Positions 41,801-50,501 of a stretch of DNA of 64,000 bases are shown piece by piece. The translations under genes and the position numbers were made by a program. The stretch comes from Bacteroidota bacterium (GTDB lineage Bacteria; Bacteroidota; Ignavibacteria; SZUA-365), in the NCBI GenBank assembly GCA_034002405.1, contig JAVFAS010000010.1:2272-66271 (forward strand), in the 5' to 3' direction. The first letter of the stretch is position 1. The number at the start of each line of letters is the position of its first letter. The notes under the pieces are model-generated. The model ran no database searches. It had not been told where the DNA came from and saw only the letters and a list, made by a program, of their open reading frames with translations.

Positions 41801-44800
41801 TGACGAATGTCGACCTGATCCGCGGCGCACCGTTCGCGACATTGCGCATGGGCACGGTCCCCACGGGCGTGGGACCGGGTCAGGATTTCGAGCTGTGGGT
41901 GGATGTGACATTGCCGATGGACACGTCGGTGGACATCGAGATCCGCGTCGTGACCGATCCGTGCCGGGCGGTCTACGTGCTGCGGTTCCGCGCCGCGGTG
42001 CAGGTCCCGCTGTTGGTGGCCACCCCTGATCCCATCGATCTCGGCATGCGTTCGGTCATCGATACCAGCATGGTGTCCGTGCAACTGCGCAACAGCGACG
42101 TGATCGACGTGGTCATCGATTCGCTCGTGCTGCGCGGCGTGGGGGCCGCGCTGTCATTGGTTCCGCCGCTCGCGGTGCCACGCATGCTGTCTCCCGGTGC
42201 ATTCATCAATGCGGATCTGAAACTCCGGTTGATGAAGGATACCGGCAGCGTCCACGGCACGCTCTGTGCCATCGTCTCGGCGCCCTGCGCCGACACCATC
42301 TGTTTCGACATCGATGCACACTTCGCGGGAACGCCATTCGTCTTCTCGCGTGATACCCTCCGCTATACCTTCGCCTTTTGCGACAGCGTTCGTTGCGATT
42401 CGGTGCGGGTGGTGAACGCGCTGAGTGGTCCGCAGCGCGTCGTGCCCGCGGTGACCAACAACGCCGTCTTCTCGGTCGAGCCCGACACCGCGACGCTGCT
42501 CGAAGCCGGGGAAGGCATCACCTATCGACTCTGTGCCCGTCGGCCGGGGACGGCGGTCGCGCGCGGTGCGTTGTTGTTGCAGTCCGACGCGGCCCCTCTG
42601 ACCGCGGTGGAACTCGTGGCCGTGCGCGCGGATCAGGATCTACTGCTCCCCGATTCGGTGTACGCCGGCAACGTCCCGCACTGCGAGGATGCGCGCGTGT
42701 TTCCGTTGGTGATCGAGAACCGGAGCATTCTCGATGAAGAAATCCACGAAGTCACGGGCACGGATGGCACCTTCCACCTGCTGACCTCGTTGCCGCACCG
42801 CTTGCGCTCGAATAGGGCAGACACCCTCTGGCTGCGCTATCAACCACCCGCGCCGGGGGCGCACCACACCCGGATCACGCTGCGATCACGGGTCGGGGAT
42901 TGCGAGCGGGAGACCGCCATCGCGCTCGGGGGACGCGCGGCCGGTGACTATATCGACGCCGTGCCGTCGTCGCTGCTCTTCGCGAATGTCGTGGCAGGTA
43001 CCGCGCAATCGAAATCCCTGCGCATCCACAACCGCGACATGGCGGGATTGCGGCTGGCATCGATCGCGGTGCAACCATCGGAGCGGTTCTCGGTCATGGC
43101 CGCCATGCCGCTGCCCATTGCCGAGGGAAGCGCGATCGACCTGTCCGTGGTGTTCGCGCCCGACAGTGCCCGCGGATATTTCGGATCGCTCTGTCTGATA
43201 TTTGACCAGCCCTGCGCCGATACTGTCTGCATCCCGCTCGAAGGAATCGGTGTCGAGGGAGATCTTGTCTTTTCCACACCGCGGCTGCGTTTCGATTCCC
43301 TGGCGTCCTGCGAGGAGCGGATCGACACCGTCCTGCTGCGAAACACCGGCGGTACGGCCGTGCGGCTTCTTACGTCGGCGATCGGCGGCGGCGGAGCGGC
43401 GGGCTACACCCTGTTGAGTCCCATCGTGCCCGGCGAGACGCTCGCGGCGGGCGGCACGCGCTTGCTCTCGCTGCGTTTCCGTGCGGCGGATGTTCCCGAC
43501 GGCGACGCGACGGCGTCGCTGTTCATCACCACCGATGCGCCGCTGCAGCCGGTGCTCGAACTCCCCATCTCCGGCACGCGACTTCGCGTCGCGATTCCCG
43601 CTCCAGTCATGGTCGACCTCGGTGCCGTGCTGGTCGGCAGCGCGACCAGCATCGTCGCGGATGTCCGCAACGAGGGCGACGCCACATGGGAGTTGCGGGG
43701 AATCACCATGCATTCCGATTACACCCTGCGTCGACCGACGCTTCCGGGTTCCGTGCGTGGCGGCGACAGCATTCGCGTCGAGGTGGAACTTCTCCCGACG
43801 CGGGAGGGGACGCTGGTCGACACGCTGCGCGTCGACGTCGGTCCCTGCGATGACGTGCTGCTCTTCATCGTGCGTGCGGTCGCCCTGCGCCGTTTCGTGC
43901 AGGGGGATCTCGATTTCGGCGATGTACCGCTTTGCGAGACGCGCAGCGGGATCGTCACGCTGACCAACAACGGGGCCACCACGGTGACACTGCAATCGCT
44001 GGGGTTCACCGGTGACCGCGCGGCCGCGGTGCGGATCACGAACGTGCCGACATTGCCGCATGCGCTCGGTCCCGGGTCACCGCTCATTCTCACCATCGAA
44101 TTCACTCCGCTCGCCGGTCTCGTCGGACCGTACGACCTGCGTCTCGTCAGCACGGTGGAGATCGACGGCACCACCGTCGTGTTCCAGTCGGCGGTGACCG
44201 CAATGGTACGCGACGGTGGATTGGAGTTCGCCGCGCGCACCCCACTGGGCGCCGGTGCATTGGGAACGGAGTATCCCGGCGCGGCGGTCATCGGTCGCAA
44301 CACCGCGACGTACACCGTCCGCGTGGAAGAAATCCTGCTTCCCTCGCCGCAGCTCCGGCTGATCACCGCCACACCCGTCCCCCCCGCCGACATCGCGCCC
44401 GGCGACAGCATGGTCATCGCGCTGGCCTTCACCCCGGATGTCATCGGGACGAAATCCGACAGTATCCACCTCCGCTACAGCGCGCCCTGCGCGGTGACGT
44501 TGCCGGTGCATGTGTCCTATGACGGCAGCGGGGACGTGCTCGGACTCGATCTGCGTGCCGGCGATGCCGCCGGGGCGCCCGACGACACCGTGGATATCCC
44601 GTTGCTGCTTTCCCGCGACATTACAGGTCTGAATATCCGTGACTGGGAGGTGCGGCTCTCGTTCAATGCCAGCATGCTGTATCCGGTCGCCGCGCGGGGA
44701 CACGGCACGCTCTCGGCGGGAATGTTGTTGCGGCATGCCTACGATCAGGCGGCGGGTGTCGTGACCCTCACGGCCAGCGGCGGCCGTCTGCAGGGGCCGG

Positions 44801-45243
44801 GCGACACGCTGGTGCATCTGCGCTGCCTCGTGCTCGTCGGCGATGATTCGACCACACTGCTGCAACCCGAGGCCGCGACCTTCGGACATCCCGCCGTGCG
44901 TATCGACACGCGCACGGCCGGACGCTTCGACCTGCGGGGCTTCTGTCTCGCCGACGGGACGCGTCTCGTCGGCCGCGGCGATGGACTGCGCATCACCGCG
45001 CCCCAGCCCAATCCGGCGCATGAGCATACGCGGATCCGCTATACCGTGCCGCGCGACGGGGATCATCGTCTCGCGCTGTATGACACCCGGGGACGCGAAG
45101 TGGCCGTGCTCGCTTCCGGCTTCACCGCCGCCGGCGAACGGCAGCTGCCGGTCGACTGCCGCGGCCTGCCCGCCGGCAGCTATCTGTTCGTGCTCCGCAG
45201 CGGTGACGCCGTCACCACGCAGCGCCTCACGATTCTTCGATAG
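38872..45243 (+). CDS. giant secreted protein (about 2120 aa): BNR/Asp-box propeller, long array of ASH/PapD-like Ig domains, cohesin-like domain and T9SS CTD
   Basis: Asp-box repeats: VDYGASW, LDGGVSW, TNGGLDW, EDGGYTW. More than ten repeats of about 100 aa with the pattern FG.V.....C....v.l.N.G...l.i (choice-of-anchor-D/ASH-like). A cohesin-like unit: LDLRAGDAAGAPDDTVDIPLLLSRDITGLNIRDWEVRLSFNASMLYPV. CTD: PQPNPAHEHTRIRYTV...LYDTRGRE...GSYLFVLRSGDAVTTQRLTILR. The start is uncertain: ATG 38872, or in-frame TTG 38986 just before the signal peptide LRILCIFLLSCLTAVSLLHAQP. Confidence 0.85.
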   Translation: MCCLFPLFPLSCTAIPTHPGPSSDSPDSLPLQRRPIRKLLRILCIFLLSCLTAVSLLHAQPVGTWNEQPIEVPVRGLMGISMADTGTGYAVGDVDVILQQTGVLVKRPGDPTWRTVPANAFTPPLTIALTSWAQDVHAVPNTGIAFISWRDDYRSLVYKTVDYGASWFSVSPLNPILYGIRYAVTFINDREGLIVGEGPGRVHRTLDGGVSWTSYSIPVNPPLTDVKFGGGLFWYVAGGDNTLFRFNTLNNRWFNISFPTSAEYFPTHIKLHFVTDERGFLSGYNQNGPTHVHRTTNGGLDWSPMPQQPNFSPNPEGHKGIFFFDSLKGWVASAASEFAYTEDGGYTWIDHTPQVFGGKPYPPVNKLTFLNEAHGWAAGGFQRTSGYPSVSHGWIMKWTGTQKPDISTTPTTATFDTMACQSEKIIRIPVINTGTGNLTIAAGGIIFSSTEFTPRNVMYPIIIAPGETKEIEVRWTPSADYFGGTPSGSQMRIESNDPEHSPWFVLLYGTRIISRVIPGAPALVFPAFCRGEEREATLPVTTDGNLPPRLERIELFSDRGTLSLRSHVIGGVIGPSDTLRFALRSDRAGSMSGKVIITAGNPDCPEVIEIPFQALVRSNDIEVTPSLLTFGDVCAGDDVVQYLQLRNTGSVDARLLEFRGFGADSLFRLDLDTSLHIGSGDFQLVPLRFHPRDSDSLNASAQFTLVFGPCPDTVFIACNGRGVHVLLDLEADSLLVVGPAPLDREIVTTVPLRNIGFLPTVIEKITFEPEVPGLRLLEPSSLPDTLRAKQTMDIRFGYRAAARDSIPTTMRVEWSDPCGGSITQPMLLITDEMPVAEVPTALIFETQTCEAEVVDSVRIHNSGQKPLAVFTATITGSDAAHFRVIGPPLPLTIDPGASAWLWLAYSAPMNGSSSAVLEINHNDLTVRGVSRVTLSGRKKVQTLTVVGDTLAVLPLCAGIPGSRRFVLRNENSEPLLLTNVDLIRGAPFATLRMGTVPTGVGPGQDFELWVDVTLPMDTSVDIEIRVVTDPCRAVYVLRFRAAVQVPLLVATPDPIDLGMRSVIDTSMVSVQLRNSDVIDVVIDSLVLRGVGAALSLVPPLAVPRMLSPGAFINADLKLRLMKDTGSVHGTLCAIVSAPCADTICFDIDAHFAGTPFVFSRDTLRYTFAFCDSVRCDSVRVVNALSGPQRVVPAVTNNAVFSVEPDTATLLEAGEGITYRLCARRPGTAVARGALLLQSDAAPLTAVELVAVRADQDLLLPDSVYAGNVPHCEDARVFPLVIENRSILDEEIHEVTGTDGTFHLLTSLPHRLRSNRADTLWLRYQPPAPGAHHTRITLRSRVGDCERETAIALGGRAAGDYIDAVPSSLLFANVVAGTAQSKSLRIHNRDMAGLRLASIAVQPSERFSVMAAMPLPIAEGSAIDLSVVFAPDSARGYFGSLCLIFDQPCADTVCIPLEGIGVEGDLVFSTPRLRFDSLASCEERIDTVLLRNTGGTAVRLLTSAIGGGGAAGYTLLSPIVPGETLAAGGTRLLSLRFRAADVPDGDATASLFITTDAPLQPVLELPISGTRLRVAIPAPVMVDLGAVLVGSATSIVADVRNEGDATWELRGITMHSDYTLRRPTLPGSVRGGDSIRVEVELLPTREGTLVDTLRVDVGPCDDVLLFIVRAVALRRFVQGDLDFGDVPLCETRSGIVTLTNNGATTVTLQSLGFTGDRAAAVRITNVPTLPHALGPGSPLILTIEFTPLAGLVGPYDLRLVSTVEIDGTTVVFQSAVTAMVRDGGLEFAARTPLGAGALGTEYPGAAVIGRNTATYTVRVEEILLPSPQLRLITATPVPPADIAPGDSMVIALAFTPDVIGTKSDSIHLRYSAPCAVTLPVHVSYDGSGDVLGLDLRAGDAAGAPDDTVDIPLLLSRDITGLNIRDWEVRLSFNASMLYPVAARGHGTLSAGMLLRHAYDQAAGVVTLTASGGRLQGPGDTLVHLRCLVLVGDDSTTLLQPEAATFGHPAVRIDTRTAGRFDLRGFCLADGTRLVGRGDGLRITAPQPNPAHEHTRIRYTVPRDGDHRLALYDTRGREVAVLASGFTAAGERQLPVDCRGLPAGSYLFVLRSGDAVTTQRLTILR
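40080..44530 (+). repeat. array of divergent ASH/PapD-like Ig-fold domains inside the giant protein (boundaries approximate)
   Basis: Recurrent F(G/E)(D/T)V..G/C...Q.L.L.N.G motifs at about 100-aa spacing, read from the translation. Confidence 0.6.
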
Positions 45244-45283
45244 AGCCCATTCCTCGATCGACCGTCCCGCTGACCGGTCCCGC

Positions 45284-45312
45284 TTGCATTGCAAGGCCAT
45301 GCATGCTATATT
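45284..45312 (+). promoter_or_regulatory. sigma70-type promoter TTGCAT-N17-TATATT upstream of rpsT
   Basis: -35 at 45284..45289, 17-nt spacer, -10 at 45307..45312, 32 nt before ATG 45345. Confidence 0.6.
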
Positions 45313-45344
45313 TGAGTTCGTTTTTTCTGGAACACAGGAGAATC

Positions 45345-45599
45345 ATGCCTCAGCACAAGTCTGCCATCAAGCGCATGCGCACTTCGGAGCGGAAGCGCGC
45401 CTATAATCGGATGAACAAGTCGCGTGTGAAGACCGCCGTCAAGGATCTTCGCGGCACGACCGACAAGGCCGCGGCGGAGGAGAAATACCGGAAGGTTTCG
45501 GCCATTCTCGACCGTCTCTCCACCAAGGGGATCATTCACCGCAACACGGCCGCGCACAAGAAGTCCAAGCTCGCGAAATTCGTCCAGAGCCTGGGATAA
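45345..45599 (+). CDS. rpsT: 30S ribosomal protein S20
   Basis: MPQHKSAIKRMRTSERKRAYNRMNKSRVKTAVK...HRNTAAHKKSKLAKFV is the S20 pattern. AGGAGAA Shine-Dalgarno sequence. Confidence 0.95.
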   Translation: MPQHKSAIKRMRTSERKRAYNRMNKSRVKTAVKDLRGTTDKAAAEEKYRKVSAILDRLSTKGIIHRNTAAHKKSKLAKFVQSLG

Positions 45600-45766
45600 G
45601 TATCGGTTCTCCGTCCGCCCCGCCACGCGGAGCGCGGACCCGGCAGGCATGCGCGGCATGCCTGCCCGTGTCAGATACCGAACCGTATGGAGCCTCCGAG
45701 TAATATCCCCACTCCGCGCGTCCTACCGTCCGAAGACGAGTTCTCCATCCGTGGAGCGCGTCCGTC

Positions 45767-47095
45767 ATGACCGGCGCCCCTCTGCTTGATACCATCCTTT
45801 TTCTTGTTTCTCTCGTGATCGCGGTGCTGATCGGACTCGCGGAGTTTGCCATTGTGTCCTCCTCGCGCAGCCGCCTCGATACGCTGGCCGACGCGGGGGA
45901 TGCGTTGGCGGCACGTGCGCTGCGGCTCAAGGACCGCGACGAGGACGTACAGGGCGCGACACAGATCGCCACGCTGTTTCTCATCATCTTTTCCAGCTTC
46001 ATCATCACGCCCTACGTTCGGGACTGGGCGTCACTGGGGGCCGGGGTGGCGCGGCAGGCCTGGTTGTTTGACCTGCTCCAGACGGCGGGCTTCGCGTTCA
46101 TCGCCTTTCTTCTTACCGGACTGTTTCTCGTCACCGTGCATCTGTTCGCCAAGTCGCTCGGCGAACGCTACGCCGACGCACTCGTGCTGCACGCGACCGG
46201 GGGCATGCACACGCTGGTGCGCCTCCTGCACCTGCCGCAGCGTGCGCTGACGGTGACCGCCAATCTCCTGCTCCGCCCGTTCCGCGGCGCCGCGAGCTTC
46301 CGCGAGTCGGTGACGACGGAGGAGAATCTGATGGATATTCTCGAAGACGGCGCCAAGACCGGATTGCTCGACCGCACCGAGCACGAATTGATCGAGAGCA
46401 TCTTTCAATTCACCGAGACCACCGCGCGCGAGATCATGATTCCCCGTACCGACATCATCGGGGTGGAAATACGGATGACGCCATCCGAGATCCTGAAGCT
46501 CATTCTCGAGGAGGGATTCACGCGCATGCCGGTGTACGAGGAGTCGCTCGACAACATCGTCGGCGTGATCTATGCGAAGGACGTGCTCAGCCTGATCGAG
46601 CATCACAATCTGATCATCCTGCAGGACATCGTGCGTCCCGCCTACATCGTACCCGAGACCAAGCCGATTTCCGAATTGCTGCGCGAATTCCAGCTCAAGC
46701 GGCAGCACATGGCCATCGTGGTCGACGAGTTTGGCGGAACGGAGGGGATCATTACGATGGAGGACATTCTCGAGGAGATCGTCGGCGAAATCCGTGATGA
46801 GTACGACGAGGAAGAGAGTCCGTACGTTTTGCTGCCGGGTGGGGGCATCGAGGTCGAGGCCATGGTCAATATCGCGGATCTGAACGCGTATTCTCCGATC
46901 AGCATTCCCGAGAGTGACGACTACGACACCGTGGGTGGCTTCGTGACGAAGCTCTTCGGGCGGATTCCCGAGTCCGGTGAGCGGATTGCGTTCCAGCACG
47001 CGCTGATCGAAGTGATCGACGCCGAGGAACGCCGGGTGCTGCGCGTGCGATTGCTCCCCGATCCGGACGCGGTCGATCGCAATAATGGCCGCTGA
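45767..47095 (+). CDS. HlyC/CorC-family membrane protein (DUF21 + CBS pair + CorC_HlyC transporter-associated domain)
   Basis: N-terminal TM region with EFAIVSSSRSRL. CBS region: TAREIMIPRTDIIGVE...GFTRMPVYEESLDNIVGVIYAKDVL...RQHMAIVVDEFGGTEGIITMEDILEEIVGEI. C-terminal domain: TVGGFVTKLFGRIPESGERI. Confidence 0.9.
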   Translation: MTGAPLLDTILFLVSLVIAVLIGLAEFAIVSSSRSRLDTLADAGDALAARALRLKDRDEDVQGATQIATLFLIIFSSFIITPYVRDWASLGAGVARQAWLFDLLQTAGFAFIAFLLTGLFLVTVHLFAKSLGERYADALVLHATGGMHTLVRLLHLPQRALTVTANLLLRPFRGAASFRESVTTEENLMDILEDGAKTGLLDRTEHELIESIFQFTETTAREIMIPRTDIIGVEIRMTPSEILKLILEEGFTRMPVYEESLDNIVGVIYAKDVLSLIEHHNLIILQDIVRPAYIVPETKPISELLREFQLKRQHMAIVVDEFGGTEGIITMEDILEEIVGEIRDEYDEEESPYVLLPGGGIEVEAMVNIADLNAYSPISIPESDDYDTVGGFVTKLFGRIPESGERIAFQHALIEVIDAEERRVLRVRLLPDPDAVDRNNGR

Positions 47096-47152
47096 TCCGT
47101 ATCTTCTTCACTGATCGTTTCCTTGTTTCACGAGAACCGCCCTGACGCGGAG

Positions 47153-48118
47153 ATGCCCATGCTCGCCGTCGCCTCGCTCGTTTTTGCCCTCGTCCCCATG
47201 CTGTTCTATCTCTGGGGCATCTGGTTGATGGATCGCTACGACCGCGAACCGGTCAGCCTGCTTCTTCTGAATTTTGCCTGGGGCGCGCTGGGCGCCATCT
47301 TTTTCGGTATTGTCTTCAGTATTTCCCTGTCGACCACGCTGGGGTCGTCCGAATTCCACGATGCGATCTTCATCGCGCCGGTGGTCGAGGAACTCACCAA
47401 GGGCCTGTTCCTCTTCTGGACCGTGCGCGACCGGCGCTTTGACAATATCACCGACGGCGTGGTGTATGGCATGGCGATCGGTCTGGGATTCGGAATGACG
47501 GAGAACTTTCTCTATTTCCTCGGAGCCACGACGGCGGGGGAGTGGGTGTTTCTCGTCATCATCCGCACCGTGTTCACCGCCGTCATGCACGCGATGGCGA
47601 CCGGGGTGTTCGGCGCGTTCATGGGACTGACGAAATTCGGCGCGCCGAGATGGCGGCTGCCCTTGCGTTTCCTGGGAATATTGCTCGCGATCGGCATGCA
47701 TTTCTTCTGGAATTATTCGGTGTCGATCAACAATCCCGCGGCGGCGGGACTCGGTACCATCTTCATCGTCCTCAGCGTGATCGTCATCGTGCTGGTCGTG
47801 CAGTTGGCGTTGCTGGCCGAGAATCGTCTGCTGATCCGGGAACTGACCGACGAATCCGAGCGCGGTCTGATTCCCCCCACGCACCTGCAGTACCTTCCGT
47901 ACACGAACAAACGAAAGCTCGTCGGGTGGCTTTCGCCCGTGGTCGACCGCAAGCGATACGTGCAGGCGGCCACGCGTCTCGCGTTCCGCCGTTTCCAGAG
48001 CCGCGCGTGCGCGGACGAACAGCGCGAGGGTTACCTCGCGGAGGTGGACACCCTTCGCGACGAGATCCACGACCTCCTCCGGGAGGATTGGGCGTCGAAC
48101 ACGCACAAACTGTATTGA
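47153..48118 (+). CDS. prsW: PrsW-family intramembrane metalloprotease
   Basis: APVVEELTKGLFLF (EExxK), GLGFGMTENFLY, and TAVMHAMATGVFGA (HxxxT/D) in a polytopic membrane protein. The tracked ORF begins at TTG 47123; the first ATG is at 47153. Confidence 0.8.
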   Translation: MPMLAVASLVFALVPMLFYLWGIWLMDRYDREPVSLLLLNFAWGALGAIFFGIVFSISLSTTLGSSEFHDAIFIAPVVEELTKGLFLFWTVRDRRFDNITDGVVYGMAIGLGFGMTENFLYFLGATTAGEWVFLVIIRTVFTAVMHAMATGVFGAFMGLTKFGAPRWRLPLRFLGILLAIGMHFFWNYSVSINNPAAAGLGTIFIVLSVIVIVLVVQLALLAENRLLIRELTDESERGLIPPTHLQYLPYTNKRKLVGWLSPVVDRKRYVQAATRLAFRRFQSRACADEQREGYLAEVDTLRDEIHDLLREDWASNTHKLY

Positions 48119-48169
48119 TCGGGCGCACCGCGCGCCCCGGTGATTGAGTACCACTTATCGGAAATCCTG

Positions 48170-49327
48170 ATGCACGTGTTGTTTTCCTTCGGAACCAGAC
48201 CGGAAGCGATCAAGCTCGCACCGGTGATCCGTCATATGCAGGCGAATCCGGAGCGCTTCCGCGTTTCGGTCTGTCTCACCTCGCAGCACAAGGAATTGCT
48301 GCGGCAGGTGACACGATTCTTCGACATCCGGGAGGACGTCGATCTCGATGTGATGGTGCACGACCAGACACTCGAACACATCACCGCGACCGTGCTGACC
48401 AAGATGCGGGGCGTGATCGAGCGCCTGCAGCCCGACGTGCTCGTGGTGCAGGGCGATACCACCACGGTCTTCGCCAGCGCGCTCGCGGCGTTCTACCAGA
48501 AAATCCGCGTCGGGCACGTCGAGGCGGGATTGCGCACCTTCGACCGCTATTCCCCGTTTCCCGAGGAAATGAACAGGACCCTCACCGCGTCCCTGGCGGA
48601 TTTCCATTTCGCGCCCACGCAGCGGGCCGCGGAGAATTTGCGGCGCGAGGGCCGGGACGAAGGGCGGGTGTTCGTCACCGGCAACACGGTGGTGGACGCG
48701 CTGCTGCTCGGGCGGTCGATGCTCGCGGGGTGGCCGGAGGACCGTCGCGTGCAGCTTCTGATCGACGCAGGTCTCGACGCCGCGGTCGCCGGACGCATCA
48801 TGCGCGGGGAGGGCCGCTTCATTACCGTCACCGCGCACCGCCGGGAAAGCTTCGGCGCACCGTTCGAACGCATGCTCACGGCGATGCGGGACGTCGTAAA
48901 CGGATATCCGGATGTGGAAATCGTGTATCCCGTGCATCCCAACCCCCATGTGCGGGACGCGGTCGGACGCGTGCTGTCCGGCGCACCGCGCGTGCATCTG
49001 ATCGATCCGGTGCGGTACGAACAGTTACTGCTGCTCATGGACCATTCGGTGCTGCTGCTGACCGATTCCGGCGGCATTCAGGAGGAAGGTCCGTCGCTGC
49101 GCAAGCCGGTGCTCGTGATGCGCGAGGTGACCGAGCGTCCCGAAGGCATTGACGCCGGGGTCGCACGTCTTGTCGGGACCGACCGCGCGCGTATCGTCGC
49201 GGCGGTCAGCGAGTTGCTTGACGACACGGCGGCATACGCCGCGATGGCGACGGGACGAAATCCGTACGGTGACGGTACGGCCAGCGCACGGATCGCGGAT
49301 ATCCTGTCCGCGCAGTCCGGTGGCTGA
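48170..49327 (+). CDS. wecB: UDP-N-acetylglucosamine 2-epimerase (non-hydrolysing)
   Basis: MHVLFSFGTRPEAIKLAPVI..., VLVVQGDTTTVFASALAAFY..I.VGHVEAGLRT, PFPEEMNR, and LLLTDSGGIQEEGPSLRKPVLVMREVTERPEG. Confidence 0.92.
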   Translation: MHVLFSFGTRPEAIKLAPVIRHMQANPERFRVSVCLTSQHKELLRQVTRFFDIREDVDLDVMVHDQTLEHITATVLTKMRGVIERLQPDVLVVQGDTTTVFASALAAFYQKIRVGHVEAGLRTFDRYSPFPEEMNRTLTASLADFHFAPTQRAAENLRREGRDEGRVFVTGNTVVDALLLGRSMLAGWPEDRRVQLLIDAGLDAAVAGRIMRGEGRFITVTAHRRESFGAPFERMLTAMRDVVNGYPDVEIVYPVHPNPHVRDAVGRVLSGAPRVHLIDPVRYEQLLLLMDHSVLLLTDSGGIQEEGPSLRKPVLVMREVTERPEGIDAGVARLVGTDRARIVAAVSELLDDTAAYAAMATGRNPYGDGTASARIADILSAQSGG

Positions 49328-50495
49328 GCGCCGCGTCCGCGTTGTCTTCGACGCGCACGCACTTTCGCCCCATCGATCCGGGATCGGGGAATACAGCTGG
49401 CATCTGATTCATGCGATGCTGGAAACCTGCCACGCGCAGGTCGACCTGCATCTGTACGTTCCGTCCGGAATTCATCCCGTGCATGACGACCGCGACGTGA
49501 CGCGCCTGACCGCGGCGGTTCGCGACGGTGATTTCTTCCGGGCGTCGCATCAGTGGCGTCTGCCGCGACTGTTGCGCCACGGGGGATACGACCTGTTGCA
49601 CACGCCCGATTTTCTCGTTCCCCTGATCTGTCCCGTGCCGATCGTGAGCACCGTGCACGACATCATCCCGATCGTCCATCCCGAATTCATCCCCCGATCG
49701 ATGAAAGTACGTCTGCTGCCGCTGTTTCGCGCCTGGGCGCGCCGGGCCGTGTCGGGCAGTGCCGCGGTACTGACCGTCAGCGAGCACAGCAAGGGCGATC
49801 TCGTGCGCCGGCTCGGCGCCGATCCCGCCCGCATCGTGGTCATTCCGGCCGCGCCCACGCTCGAACCCGCGGGCGGTCCCCTGCCGGCGAGGCTCGCGGC
49901 GAGTCTTCCCGCGGGCAAGTATTTCCTGTATGTCGGCCGGGCCGATCCGTACAAGGGACTCGCGCATCTGCTTCGCGCCTTCGCCCGGGCGCGCCGGGAT
50001 CACGGGCTGGCGGACCTGCGACTCGCCGTGGCGGGAAAGCTCGATGCGCGCTATGAATATCGGAGTCTGGCGGCCGAACTCGGCATCGACGCGCAGGTCG
50101 TCTTTCTAGACTACGTCGATGGCACCACGCTGTCCGCGCTTCACGCCCATGCCCTGGCCTATGTCCACCCGTCGCTCTATGAAGGCTTCGGTGTCCCGCC
50201 CCTCGATGCCATGCGGCACGGGACGCCGGTGGTCTGTTCCGACCGGAGCGCGCTGCCTGAAGTCGCGGGCGATGCCGCCTTGTTCGTCGATCCCGAACAT
50301 GTCGGGATTTTTTCCGATGCCTTGAGGGAAATCGCCGAAAATGCTACATTGCGCCGTGATCTTGTCCGGAAAGGTTTTCTGAACGTTCGACGCTATTCGT
50401 GGAATCAAACAGCGAAGGACACTGTTTCCGTCTACATGCGCATCGCATCGCGCTTCGCCTGTCCGGACCATTCGCGCACTCATGACGCGGCCTGA
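49320..50495 (+). CDS. glycosyltransferase, GT4 family (Glycos_transf_1)
   Basis: GTG 49320 is in frame and overlaps the wecB stop by 8 nt. YVGRADPYKGLAHLLRAF and YVHPSLYEGFGVPPLDAMRHGTPVVCSDRSALPEVAGDAA (E-x7-E). The tracked 49149 start lies inside wecB. Confidence 0.85.
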   Translation: MAERRVRVVFDAHALSPHRSGIGEYSWHLIHAMLETCHAQVDLHLYVPSGIHPVHDDRDVTRLTAAVRDGDFFRASHQWRLPRLLRHGGYDLLHTPDFLVPLICPVPIVSTVHDIIPIVHPEFIPRSMKVRLLPLFRAWARRAVSGSAAVLTVSEHSKGDLVRRLGADPARIVVIPAAPTLEPAGGPLPARLAASLPAGKYFLYVGRADPYKGLAHLLRAFARARRDHGLADLRLAVAGKLDARYEYRSLAAELGIDAQVVFLDYVDGTTLSALHAHALAYVHPSLYEGFGVPPLDAMRHGTPVVCSDRSALPEVAGDAALFVDPEHVGIFSDALREIAENATLRRDLVRKGFLNVRRYSWNQTAKDTVSVYMRIASRFACPDHSRTHDAA

Positions 50496-50501
50496 TTGAT
50501 A

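Noticed and set aside
40213-42084. 623-aa ORF on the minus strand; also 42886..44061 and 44077..45300
   Set aside because: All are antisense to the BNR/ASH giant gene and are shadow ORFs.
45642-45666. 10-bp-stem hairpin ggcaggcatg-cgcgg-catgcctgcc after rpsT as a terminator
   Set aside because: No T-run follows, and it lies 43 nt past the stop. It may function, but the evidence is too weak to list it as a feature.
49149-49319. Upstream part of the tracked 448-aa glycosyltransferase ORF
   Set aside because: It lies inside wecB in another frame. An in-frame GTG at 49320 gives a normal GT4 N-terminus (RVRVVFDAHAL) with an 8-nt overlap typical of coupled genes.
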